A stretch of 64,000 nt of DNA from the human T2T-CHM13v2.0 reference genome, Homo sapiens. The translations under genes and the position numbers were made by a program. The first letter of the stretch is position 1. Each line of letters starts with the position of its first letter. Location of the stretch: assembly GCF_009914755.1 (NCBI RefSeq), contig NC_060939.1. One strand, 5' to 3'. Below the pieces are notes generated by a model. The model made no database searches and was not told the origin of the DNA. It worked only from the letters and a program-made list of their open reading frames with translations. Positions 29,501 to 44,500 of this stretch are shown here, in pieces.

Positions 29501-32500
29501 TTCCATTCTATTACTTTCATTTCCATTCAATTCCATTCCATTTGATTCCATTCCACTCGGTTTCATTCCATTTGAGTCCACTCCATTCCATTCCATTCCA
29601 TTCCATTCAGTTCCATTCCATTCTGTTCCATTCCATTCCGTTCCATTACATTCCATTCCATTCGGTACCATTCCATATTGTTCCATTCGATTCCATTCGA
29701 ATCCATTCCATTCCAGTCCATTCCATTCGATTCCATTCCATTCATTTCAATTCCATTCCATTCCATTCCATTACATTCCACTTGTTTCCTCTCCATTCCC
29801 TTCCACTGCATTCCGTTCGATTCCATTCCATTGCATTGCATTCCATTCCATTGGATTGCATTCCATTCGATTCCATTCCATTCGAATCAATTACATAGCA
29901 ATCCATTACATTCGAGTCTATTCTCTTCCGTTCCATTCGATTTCGTTCCAATCCATTCGATTCCATTCCATTCGATTCCATTCCATACTATTGCATTCCA
30001 TTCGATTACATTATATTCGAATAAGTTCCATTCAAGACCATTTCTTTTGAGTCCATTCTATTTGAGTCCATTCCCTTTGATTCCATAACATTTGAGTCCA
30101 TTCAATTCCATTCCTTTCGTTTCCATTCCATTTGATGCCATTCCATTCAATTCTGTTCTACTCGACTCCAATACATTCAATTCCATTCCATCCGATTCCA
30201 TTACATTCTTTTCATTTCTTATCCATTTCAAGCCATTCCACTCCATTCCATTCCACTCGTTTCCTTTCCATTCGAGTCCATTCCTCTCCAGTCCATTCCG
30301 TTCAATCCATTCCATTCCAGTCCATTCCATTCGAGTCCGTTCCATTCCAGTCCATTCCATTCGAGTCAATTCCATCCCATTCGATGTCTTTCCATAACGA
30401 TCCATTCCATTCTATTCCTTTCGATTCCATTCCATTCTATTTCATTCCATTCGATTCCCTTCCATTGGACTCCTTTCCATTCGAGTGCATTCCATTCCGT
30501 TCCATTTCTTTCCGTTCTGTACGATTCCTACCGTTCGATTTCATTTTGTTCCAGTCCATTCCTTTCGCGTCCATTCCATTCCATTTCACTCCATTCGATT
30601 CCATTCCACTCGATTCCACTTCGTTCCATTTCATTGCATTCCATTCTATTCAACTCTATTGCCTTCCATTCCATTCCATTCGATTACATTCCATGCGATT
30701 CCATTCGAAATCGAATCAATTACATTGCAATCCATTACTATTGAGTCCGTTTTATTTCAGTCCACTGCATTCTGGTCCATTCCATTTGATTCCATTCCAT
30801 TCTATTCCATTCCATACAGTTGCATTCCATTGGATTCCATGCTATATCTATAAATTCAATTCCAGACCATTGCTTTTGAGTCCATTCTATATGATTCCAT
30901 TCCATTCAAGTCCATTACATTTGGTTCAATTCCATTCCATTCCATTCCCTTCCATTCCATTCCATTTGATATCAATCCATTCGATTCCATTCCATTCGAG
31001 CACATTCCATTCGAGTCCATTCCATTCGATGCCATTCCATTTGATTCTATTCCATTAGTCTCCATTCAATTCCATTAATCTCCATTCCATTCCATTTTAC
31101 TCCAACTGATTCCATTCCATTCTATTCCTTTCCATTCCATTTCATTCCATTCCATTCCATTCCATTCCATTCAATTCCATTCCATTCCATTCGTGTCCAT
31201 TCCACTCCAGTCCATTCCATTCGTGTCCATTCCATTCCAGTCCATTCCATTTGTGTCCACTGCATTCCATTCCACTCCATTCCATATTATTCCATTACAC
31301 TCCATTCCATTCTATCACTTTCATTTCCATTCAATTCCATTCCATTTGATTCCATTCCACTCGGTTTCATTCCATTTGAGTCCACTCCATTCCATTCCAT
31401 TCCATTCCATTCAGTTCCATTCCATTCTGTTCCATTACATTCCATTCCATTCGGTACCATTCCATATTGTTCCATTCGATTCCATTCGAATCCATTCCAT
31501 TCCAGTCCATTCCATTCGATTCCATTCCATTCATTTCAATTCCATTCCATTCCATTCCATTACATTCCACTTGATTCCTCTCCATTCCCTTCCACTGCAT
31601 TCCGTTCGATTCCATTCCATTGCATTGCATTCCATTCCATTGGATTGCATTCCATTCGATTCCATTCCATTCGAATCAATTACATAGCAATCCATTACAT
31701 TCGAGTCTATTCTATTCCGTTCCATTCGATTTCGTTCCAATCCATTCGATTCCATTCCATTCGATTCCATTCCATACTATTGCATTTCATTCGATTACAT
31801 TATATTCGAATAAGTTCCATTCAAGACCATTTCTTTTGAGTCCATTCTATTTGAGTCCATTCCCTTTGATTCCATAACATTTGAGTCCATTCAATTCCAT
31901 TCCTTTCGTTTCCATTCCATTTGATGCCATTCCATTCAATTCTATTCTACTCGACTCCAATACATTCAATTCCATTCCATCCGATTCCATTACATTCTTT
32001 TCATTTCTTATCCATTTCAAGCCATTCCACTCCATTCCATTCCACTCGTTTCCTTTCCATTCGAGTCCATTCCTCTCCAGTCCATTCCGTTCAATCCATT
32101 CCATTCCAGTCCATTCCATTCGAGTCCGTTCCATTCCAGTCCATTCCATTCGAGTCAATTCCATCCCATTCGATATCTTTCCATAACGATCCATTCCATT
32201 CTATTCCTTTCAATTCCATTCCATTCTATTTCATTCCATTCGATTCCCTTCCATTGGACTCCTTTCCATCCGAGTGCATTCCATTCCGTTCCATTTCTTT
32301 CCGTTCTGTACGATTCCTACCGTTCGATTTCATTTTGTTCCAGTCCATTCCTTTCGCGTCCATTCCATTCCATTTCACTCCATTCGATTCCATTCCACTC
32401 GATTCCACTTCGTTCCATTTCATTGCATTCCATTCTATTCAACTCTATTGCCTTCCATTCCATTCCATTCGATTACATTCCATGCGATTCCATTCGAAAT

Positions 32501-35500
32501 CGAATCAATTACATTGCAATCCATTACTATTGAGTCCGTTTTATTCCAGTCCACTGCATTCTGGTCCATTCCATTTGATTCCATTCCATTCTATTCCATT
32601 CCATACAGTTGCATTCCTTTGGATTCCATGCTATATATATAAATTCAATTCGAGACCATTGCTTTTGAGTCCATTCTATATGATTCCATTCCATTCAAGT
32701 CCATTACATTTGGTTCAATTCCATTCCATTCCATTCCCTTCCATTCCATTCCAGTTGATATCAATCCATTCGATTCCATTCCATTCGAGCACATTCCATT
32801 CGAGTCCATTCCATTCGATGCCATTCCATTTGATTCTATTCCATTAGTCTCCATTCAATTCCATTAATCTCCATTCCATTCCATTCTACTCCAACTGATT
32901 CCATTCCATTCTATTCCTTTCCATTCCATTCCATTCCATTCCATTCCATTTCATTCCATTCCATTCCATTCGTGTCCATTCCACTCCAGTCCATTCCATT
33001 TAGGTCCATTCCATTCCAGTCCATTCCATTTGTGTCCACTGCATTCCATTCCAATCCATTCCATATTATTCCATTACACTCCATTCCATTCTATTACTTT
33101 CATTTCCATTCAATTAAATTCCATTTGATTCCATTCCACTCGGTTTCATTCCATTTGAGTCCACTCCATTCCATTCCATTCCATTCCATTCAGTTCCATT
33201 CCATTCTGTTCCATTCCATTCCGTTCCATTACATTCCATTCCATTCGGTACCATTCCATATTGTTCCATTCGATTCCATTCGAATCCATTCCATTCCAGT
33301 CCATTCCATTCGATTCCATTCCATTCATTTCAATTCCATTCCATTCCATTCCATTACATTCCACTTGATTCCTCTCCATTCCCTTCCACTGCATTCCGTT
33401 CAATTCCATTCCATTGCATTGCATTCCATTCCATTGGATTGCATTCCATTCGATTCCATTCCATTCGAATCAATTACATAGCAATCCATTACATTCGAGT
33501 CTATTCTATTCCGTTCCATTCGATTTCGTTCCACTCCATTCGATTCCATTCCATTCGATTCTATTCCATACCATTGCATTCCATTCGATTACATTATATT
33601 CGAATAAGTTCCATTCAAGACCATTTCTTTTGAGTCCATTCTATTTGAGTCCATTCCCTTTGATTCCATAACATTTGAGTCCATTCAATTCCATTCCTTT
33701 CGTTTCCATTCCATTTGATGCCATTCCATTCAATTCTGTTCTACTCGACTCCAATACATTCAATTCCATTCCATCCGATTCCATTACATTCTTTTCATTT
33801 CTTATCCATTTCAAGCCATTCCACTCCATTCCATTCCACTCGTTTCCTTTCCATTCGAGTCCATTCCTCTCCAGTCCATTCCGTTCAATCCATTCCATTC
33901 CAGTCCATTCCATTCGAGTCCGTTCCATTCCAGTCCATTCCATTCGAGTCAATTCCATCCCATTCGATGTCTTTCCATAACGATCCATTCCATTCTATTC
34001 CTTTCGATTCCATTCCATTCTATTTCATTCCATTCGATTCCCTTCCATTGGACTCCTTTCCATTCGAGTGCATTCCATTCCTTTCCATTTCTTTCCGTTC
34101 TGTACGATTCCTACCGTTCGATTTCATTTTGTTCCAGTCCATTCCTTTCGCGTCCATTCCATTCCATTTCACTCCATTCGATTCCATTCCACTCGATTCC
34201 ACTTCGTTCCATTTCATTTCATTCCATTCTATTCAACTCTATTGCCTTCCATTCCATTCCATTCGATTACATTCCATGCGATTCCATTCGAAATCGAATC
34301 AATTACATTGCAATCCATTACTATTGAGTCCGTTTTATTCCAGTCCACTGCATTCTGGTCCATTCCATTTGATTCCATTCCATTCTATTCCATTCCATAC
34401 AGTTGCATTCCATTGGATTCCATGCTATATCTATAAATTCAATTCGAGACCATTGCTTTTGAGTCCATTCTATATGATTCCATTCCATTCAAGTCCATTA
34501 CATTTGGTTCAATTCCATTCCATTCCATTCCCTTCCATTCCATTCCATTTGATATCAATCCATTCGATTCCATTCCATTCGAGCACATTCCATTCGAGTC
34601 CATTCCATTCGATGCCATTCCATTTGATTCTATTCCATTAGTCTCCATTCAATTCCATTAATCTCCATTCCATTCCATTCTACTCCAACTGATTCCATTC
34701 CATTCTATTCCTTTCCATTCCATTTCATTCCATTCCATTCCATTTCATTCCATTCCATTCCATTCGTGTCCATTCCACTCCAATCCATTCCATTCGTGTC
34801 CATTCCATTCCAGTCCATTCCATTTGTGTCCACTGCATTCCATTCCACTCCATTCCATATTATTCCATTACACTCCATTCCATTCTATTACTTTCATTTC
34901 CATTCAATTCCATTCCATTTGATTCCATTCCACTCGGTTTCATTCCATTTGAGTCCACTCCATTCCATTCCATTCCATTCCATTCAGTTCCATTCCATTC
35001 TGTTCCATTCCATTCCGTTCCATTACATTCCATTCCATTCGGTACCATTCCATATTGTTCCATTCGATTCCATTCGAATCCATTCCATTCCAGTCCATTC
35101 CATTCGATTCCATTCCATTCATTTCCATTCCATTCCATTCCATTCCATTACATTCCACTTGATTCCTCTCCATTCCCTTCCACTGCATTCCGTTCGATTC
35201 CATTCCATTGCATTGCATTCCATTCCATTGGATTGCATTCCATTCGATTCCATTCCATTCGAATCAATTACATAGCAATCCATTACATTCGAGTCTATTC
35301 TATTCCGTTCCATTCGATTTCGTTCCAATCCATTCGATTCCATTCCATTCGATTCCATTCCATACTATTGCATTCCATTCGATTACATTATATTCGAATA
35401 AGTTCCATTCAAGACCATTTCTTTTGAGTCCATTCTATTTGAGTCCATTCCCTTTGATTCCATAACATTTGAGTCCATTCAATTCCATTCCTTTCGTTTC

Positions 35501-38500
35501 CATTCCATTTGATGCCATTCCATTCAATTCTGTTCTACTCGACTCCAATACATTCAATTCCATTCCATCCGATTCCATTACATTCTTTTCATTTCTTATC
35601 CATTTCAAGCCATTCCACTCCATTCCATTCCACTCGTTTCCTTTCCATTCGAGTCCATTCCTCTCCAGTCCATTCCGTTCAATCCATTCCATTCCAGTCC
35701 ATTCCATTGGAGTCCGTTCCATTCCAGTCCATTCCATTCGAGTCAATTCCATCCCATTCGATGTCTTTCCATAACGATCCATTCCATTCTATTCCTTTCG
35801 ATTCCATTCCATTCTATTTCATTCCATTCGATTCCCTTCCATTGGACTCCTTTCCATTCGAGTGCATTCCATTCCGTTCCATTTCTTTCCGTTCTGTACG
35901 ATTCCTACCGTTCGATTTCATTTTGTTCCAGTCCATTCCTTTCGCGTCCATTCCATTCCATTTCACTCCATTCGATTCCATTCCACTCGATTCCACTTCG
36001 TTCCATTTCATTGCATTCCATTCTATTCAACTCTATTGCCTTCCATTCCATTCCATTCGATTACATTCCATGCGATTCCATTCGAAATCGAATCAATTAC
36101 ATTGCAATCCATAACTATTGAGTCCATTTTATTCCAGTCCACTGCATTCTGGTCCATTCCATTTGATTCCATTCCATTCTATTCCATTCCATACAGTTGC
36201 ATTCCATTGGATTCCATTCTATATCTATAAATTCAATTCGAGACCATTGCTTTTGAGTCCATTCTATATGATTCCATTCCATTCAAGTCCATTACATTTG
36301 GTTCAATTCCATTCCATTCCATTCCCTTCCATTCCATTCCAGTTGATATCAATCCATTCGATTCCATTCCATTCGAGCACATTCCATTCGAGTCCATTCA
36401 ATTCGATGCCATTCCATTTGGTTCTATTCCATTAGTCTCCATTCAATTCCATTAATCTCCATTCCATTCCATTCTACTCCAACTGATTCCATTCCATTCT
36501 ATTCCTTTCCATTCCATTTCATTCCATTCCATTCCATTCCATTCCATTCCATTCGTGTCCATTCCACTCCAGTCCATTCCATTCGTGTCCATTCCATTCC
36601 AGTCCATTCCATTTGTGTCCACTGCATTCCATTCCACTCCATTCCATATTATTCCATTACACTCCATTCCATTCTATTACTTTCATTTCCATTCAATTCC
36701 ATTCCATTTGATTCCATTCCACTCGGTTTCATTCCATTTGAGTCCACTCCATTCCATTCCATTCCATTCCATTCAGTTCCATTCCATTCTGTTCCATTCC
36801 ATTCCGTTCCATTGCATTCCATTCCATTCGGTACCATTCCATATTGTTCCATTCGATTCCATTCGAATCCATTCCATTCCAGTCCATTCCATTCGATTCC
36901 ATTCCATTCATTTCAATTCCATTCCATTCCATTCCATTACATTCCACTTGATTCCTCTCCATTCCCTTCCACTGCATTCCGTTCGATTCCATTCCATTGC
37001 ATTGCATTCCATTCCATTGGATTGCATTCCATTCGATTCCATTCCATTCGAATCAATTACATAGCAATCCATTACATTCGAGTCTATTCTCTTCCGTTCC
37101 ATTCGATTTCGTTCCAATCCATTCGATTCCATTCCATTCGATTCCATTCCATACTATTGCATTCCATTCGATTACATTATATTCGAATAAGTTCCATTCA
37201 AGACCATTTCTTTTGAGTCCATTCTATTTGAGTCCATTCCCTTTGATTCCATAACATTTGAGTCCATTCAATTCCATTCCTTTCGTTTCCATTCCATTTG
37301 ATGCCATTCCATTCAATTCTGTTCTACTCGACTCCAATACATTCAATTCCATTCCATCCGATTCCATTACATTCTTTTCATTTCTTATCCATTTCAAGCC
37401 ATTCCACTCCATTCCATTCCACTCGTTTCCTTTCCATTCGAGTCCATTCCTCTCCAGTCCATTCCGTTCAATCCATTCCATTCCAGTCCATTCCATTCGA
37501 GTCCGTTCCATTCCAGTCCATTCCATTCGAGTCAATTCCATTCCATTCGATGTCTTTCCATAACGATCCATTCCATTCTATTCCTTTCGATTCCATTCCA
37601 TTCTATTTCATTCCATTCGATTCCCTTCCATTGGACTTCTTTCCATTCGAGTGCATTCCATTCCGTTCCATATCTTTCCGTTCTGTACGATTCCTACCGT
37701 TCGATTTCATTTTGTTCCAGTCCATTCCTTTCGCGTCCATTCCATTCCATTTCACTACATTCGATTCCATTCCATTCGATTCCATTCTACTCGATTCCAC
37801 TTCGTTCCATTTCATTGCATTCCATTCTATTCAACTCTATTGCCTTCCATTCCATTCCATTCGATTACATTCCATGCGATTCCATTCGAAATCGAATCAA
37901 TTACATTGCAATCCATTACTATTGAGTCCGTTTTATTCCAGTCCACTGCATTCTGGTCCATTCCATTTGATTCCATTCCATTCTATTCCATTCCATACAG
38001 TTGCATTCCATTGGATTCCATGCTATATCTATAAATTCAATTCGAGACCATTGCTTTTGAGTCCATTCTATATGATTCCATTCCATTCAAGTCCATTACA
38101 TTTGGTTCAATTCCATTCCATTCCATTCCCTTCCATTCCATTCCAATTGATATCAATCCATTCGATTCCATTCCATTCGAGCACATTCCATTCGAGTCCA
38201 TTCCATTCGATGCCATTCCATTTGATTCTATTCCATTAGTCTCCATTCAATTCCATTAATCTCCATTCCATTCCATTCTACTCCAACTGATTCCATTCCA
38301 TTCTATTCCTTTCCATTCCATTTCATTCCATTCCATTCCATTTCATTCCATTCCATTCCATTCGTGTCCATTCCACTCCAGTCCATTCCATTCGTGTCCA
38401 TTCCATTCCAGTCCATTCCATTTGTGTCCACTGCATTCCATTCCACTCCATTCCATATTATTCCATTACACTCCATTCCATTTTATTACTTTCATTTCCA

Positions 38501-41500
38501 TTCAATTCCATTCCATTTGATTCCATTCCACTCGGTTTCATTCCATTTGAGTCCACTCCATTCCATTCCATTCCATTCCATTCAGTTCCATTCCATTCTG
38601 TTCCATTCCATTCCGTTCCATTACATTCCATTCCATTCGGTACCATTCCATATTGTTCCATTCGATTCCATTCGAATCCATTCCATTCCAGTCCATTCCA
38701 TTCGATTCCATTCCATTCATTTCAATTCCATTCTATTCCATTCCATTACATTCCACTTGATTCCTCTCCATTCCCTTCCACTGCATTCCGTTCGATTCCA
38801 TTCCATTGCATTGCATTCCATTCCATTGGATTGCATTCCTTTCGATTCCATTCCATTCGAATCAATTACATAGCAATCCATTACATTCGAGTCTATTCTC
38901 TTCCGTTCCATTCGATTTCGTTCCAATCCATTCGATTCCATTCCATTCGATTCCATTCCATACTATTGCATTCCATTCGATTACATTATATTCGAATAAG
39001 TTCCATTCAAGACCATTTCTTTTGAGTCCATTCTATTTGAGTCCATTCCCTTTGATTCCATAATATTTGAGTCCATTCAATTCCATTCCTTTCGTTTCCA
39101 TTCCATTTGATGCCATTCCATTCAATTCTGTTCTACTCGACTCCAATACATTCAATTCCATTCCATCCGATTCCATTACATTCTTTTCATTTCTTATCCA
39201 TTTCAAGCCATTCCACTCCATTCCATTCCACTCGTTTCCTTTCCATTCGAGTCCATTCCTCTCCAGTCCATTCCGTTCAATCCATTCCATTCCAGTCCAT
39301 TCCATTCGAGTCCGTTCCATTCCAGTCCATTCCATTCGAGTCAATTCCATCCCATTCGATGTCTTTCCATAACGATCCATTCCATTCTATTCCTTTCGAT
39401 TCCATTCCATTCTATTTCATTCCATTCGATTCCCTTCCATTGGACTCCTTTCCATTCGAGTGCATTCCATTCCGTTCCATTTCTTACCGTTCTGTACGAT
39501 TCCTACCGTTCGATTTCATTTTGTTCCAGTCCATTCCTTTCGCGTCCATTCCATTCCATTTCACTCCATTCGATTCCATTCCACTCGATTCCACTTCGTT
39601 CCATTTCATTGCATTCCATTCTATTCAACTCTATTGCCTTCCATTCCATTCCATTCGATTACATTCCATGCGATTCCATTCGAAATCGAATCAATTACAT
39701 TGCAATCCATTACTATTGAGTCCGTTTTATTCCAGTCCACTGCATTCTGGTCCATTCCATTTGATTCCATTCCATTCTATTCCATTCCATACAGTTGCAT
39801 TCCATTGGATTCCATGCTATATCTATAAATTCAATTCGAGACCATTGCTTTTGAGTCCATTCTATATGATTCCATTCCATTCAAGTCCATTACATTTGGT
39901 TCAATTCCATTCCATTCCATTCCCTTCCATTCCATTCCATTTGATATCAATCCATTCGATTCCATTCCATTCGAGCACATTCCATTCGAGTCCATTCCAT
40001 TCGATGCCATTCCATTTGATTCTATTCCATTAGTCTCCATTCAATTCCATTAATCTCCATTCCATTCCATTCTACTCCAACTGATTCCATTCCATTCTAT
40101 TCCTTTCCATTCCATTTCATTCCATTCCATTCCATTTCATTCCATTCCATTCCATTCGTGTCCATTCCACTCCAGTCCATTCCATTCGTGTCCATTCCAT
40201 TCCAGTCCATTCCATTTGTGTCCACTGCATTCCATTCCACTCCATTCCATATTATTCCATTACACTCCATTCCATTCTATTACTTTCATTTCCATTCAAT
40301 TCCATTCCATTTGATTCCATTCCACTCGGTTTCATTCCATTTGAGTCCACTCCATTCCATTCCTTTCCATTCCATTCAGTTCCATTCCATTCTGTTCCAT
40401 TCCATTCCGTTCCATTACATTCCATTCCATTCGGTACCATTCCATATTGTTCCATTCGATTCCATTCGAATCCATTCCATTCCAGTCCATTCCATTCGAT
40501 TCCATTCCATTCATTTCAATTCCATTCCATTCCATTCCATTCCATTCCACTTGATTCCTCTCCATTCCCTTCCACTGCATTCCGTTCGATTCCATTCCAT
40601 TGCATTGCATTCCATTCCATTGGATTGCATTCCATTCGATTCCATTCCATTCGAATCAATTACATAGCAATCCATTACATTCGAGTCTATTCTCTTCCGT
40701 TCCATTCGATTTCGTTCCAATCCATTCGATTCCATTCCATTCGATTCCATTCCATACTATTGCATTCCATTCGATTACATTATATTCGAATAAGTTCCAT
40801 TCAAGACCATTTCTTTTGAGTCCATTCTATTTGAGTCCATTCCCTTTGATTCCATAACATTTGAGTCCATTCAATTCCATTCCTTTCGTTTCCATTCCAT
40901 TTGATGCAATTCCATTCAATTCTGTTCTACTCGACTCCAATACATTCAATTCCATTCCATCCGATTCCATTACATTCTTTTCATTTCTTATCCATTTCAA
41001 GCCATTCCACTCCATTCCATTCCACTCGTTTCCTTTCCATTCGAGTCCATTCCTCTCCAGTCCATTCCGTTCAATCCATTCCATTCCAGTCCATTCCATT
41101 CGAGTCCGTTCCATTCCAGTCCATTCCATTCGAGTCAATTCCATTCCATTCGATGTCTTTCCATAACGATCCATTCCATTCTATTCCTTTCGATTCCATT
41201 CCATTCTATTTCATTCCATTCGATTCCCTTCCATTGGACTCCTTTCCATTCGAGTGCATTCCATTCCGTTCCATTTCTTTCCGTTCTGTACGATTCCTAC
41301 CGTTCGATTTCATTTTGTTCCAGTCCATTCCTTTCGCGTCCATTCCATTCCATTTCACTCCATTCGATTCCATTCCACTCGATTCCACTTTGTTCCATTT
41401 CATTGCATTCCATTCTATTCAACTCTATTGCCCTCCATTCCTTTCCATTCGATTACATTCCATGCGATTCCATTCGAAATCGAATCAATTACATTGCAAT

Positions 41501-44500
41501 CCATTACTATTGAGTCCGTTTTATTCCAGTTCACTGCATTCTGGTCCATTCCATTTGATTCCATTCCATTCTATTCCATTCCATACAGTTGCATTCCATT
41601 GGATTCCATTCTATATCTATAAATTCAATTCGAGACCATTGCTTTTGAGTCCATTCTATATGATTCCATTCCATTCAAGTCCATTACATTTGGTTCAATT
41701 CCATTCCATTCCATTCCCTTCCATTCCATTCCAGTTGATATCAATCCATTCGACTCCATTCCATTCGAGCACATTCCATTCGAGTCCATTCCATTCGATG
41801 CCATTCCATTTGATTCTATTCCATTAGTCTCCATTCAATTCCATTAATCTCCATTCCATTCCATTCTACTCCAACTGATTCCATTCCATTCTATTCCTTT
41901 CCGTTCCATTTCATTCCATTCCATTCCATTTCATTCCATTCCATTCCATTCGTGTCCATTCCACTCCAGTCCATTCCATTCGTGTCCATTCCATTCCAGT
42001 CCATTCCATTTGTGTCCACTGCATTCCATTCCACTCCATTCCATATTATTCCATTACACTCCATTCCATTCTATTACTTTCATTTCCATTCAATTCCATT
42101 CCATTTGATTCCATTCCACTCGGTTTCATTCCATTTGAGTCCACTCCATTCCATTCCATTCCATTCCATTCAGTTCCATTCCATTCTGTTCCATTCCATT
42201 CCGTTCCATTACATTCCATTCCATTCGGTACCATTCCATATTGTTCCATTCGATTCCATTCGAATCCATTCCATTCCAGTCCATTCCATTCGATTCCATT
42301 CCATTCATTTCAATTCCATTCCATTCCATTCCATTACATTCCACTTGATTCCTCTCCATTCCCTTCCACTGCATTCCGTTCGATTCCATTCCATTGCATT
42401 GCATTCCATTCCATTGGATTGCATTCCATTCGATTCCATTCCATTCGAATCAATTACATAGCAATCCATTACATTCGAGTCTATTCTCTTCCGTTCCATT
42501 CGATTTCGTTCCAATCCATTCGATTCCATTCCATTCGATTCCATTCCATACTATTGCATTCCATTCGATTACATTATATTCGAATAAGTTCCATTCAAGA
42601 CCATTTCTTTTGAGTCCATTCTATTTGAGTCCATTCCCTTTGATTCCATAACATTTGAGTCCATTCAATTCCATTCCTTTCGTTTCCATTCCATTTGATG
42701 CCATTCCATTCAATTCTGTTCTACTCGACTCCAATACATTCAATTCCATTCCATCCGATTCCATTACATTCTTTTCATTTCTTATCCATTTCAAGCCATT
42801 CCACTCCATTCCATTCCACTCGTTTCCTTTCCATTCGAGTCCATTCCTCTCCAGTCCATTCCGTTCAATCCATTCCATTCCAGTCCATTCCATTCGAGTC
42901 CGTTCCATTCCAGTCCATTCCATTCGAGTCAATTCCATCCCATTCGATGTCTTTCCATAACGATCCATTCCATTCTATTCCTTTCGATTCCATTCCATTC
43001 TATTTCATTCCATTCGATTCCCTTCCATTGGACTCCTTTCCATTCGAGTGCATTCCATTCCGTTCCATTTCTTTCCGTTCTGTACGATTCCTACCGTTCG
43101 ATTTCATTTTGTTCCAGTCCATTCCTTTCGCGTCCATTCCATTCCATTTCACTCCATTCGATTCCATTCCACTCGATTCCACTTCGTTCCATTTCATTGC
43201 ATTCCATTCTATTCAACTCTATTGCCTTCCATTCCATTCCATTCGATTACATTCCATGCGATTCCATTCGAAATCAAATCAATTACATTGCAATCCATTA
43301 CTATTGAGTCCGTTTTATTCCAGTCCACTGCATTCTGGTCCATTCCATTTGATTCCATTCCATTCTATTCCATTCCATACAGTTGCATTCCATTGGATTC
43401 CATGCTATATCTATAAATTCATTTCGAGACCATTGCTTTTGAGTCCATTCTATATGATTCCATTCCATTCAAGTCCATTACATTTGGTTCAATTCCATTC
43501 CATTCCATTCCCTTCCATTCCATTCCATTTGATATCAATCCATTCGATTCCATTCCATTCGAGCACATTCCATTCGAGTCCATTCCATTCGATGCCATTC
43601 CATTTGATTCTATTCCATTAGTCTCCATTCAATTCCATTAATCTCCATTCCATTCCATTCTACTCCAACTGATTCCATTCCATTCTATTCCTTTCCATTC
43701 CATTTCATTCCATTCCATTCCATTTCATTCCATTCCATTCCATTCGTGTCCATTCCACTCCAGTCCATTCCATTCGTGTCCATTCCATTCCAGTCCATTC
43801 CATTTGTGTCCACTGCATTCCATTCCACTCCATTCCATATTATTCCATTACACTCCATTCCATTCTATTACTTTCATTTCCATTCAATTCCATTCCATTT
43901 GATTCCATTCCACTCGGTTTCATTCCATTTGAGTCCACTCCATTCCATTCCATTCCATTCCATTCAGTTCCATTCCATTCTGTTCCATTCCATTCCGTTC
44001 CATTACATTCCATTCCATTCGGTACCATTCCATATTGTTCCATTCGATTCCATTCGAATCCATTCCATTCCAGTCCATTCCATTCGATTCCATTCCATTC
44101 ATTTCAATTCCATTCCATTCCATTCCATTACATTCCACTTGATTCCTCTCCATTCCCTTCCACTGCATTCCGTTCGATTCCATTCCATTGCATTGCATTC
44201 CATTCCATTGGATTGCATTCCATTCGATTCCATTCCATTCGAATCAATTACATAGCAATCCATTACATTCGAGTCTATTCTCTTCCGTTCCATTCGATTT
44301 CGTTCCAATCCATTCGATTCCATTCCATTCGATTCCATTCCATACTATTGCATTCCATTCGATTACATTATATTCGAATAAGTTCCATTCAAGACCATTT
44401 CTTTTGAGTCCATTCTATTTGAGTCCATTCCCTTTGATTCCATAACATTTGAGTCCATTCAATTCCATTCCTTTCGTTTCCATTCCATTTGATGCCATTC

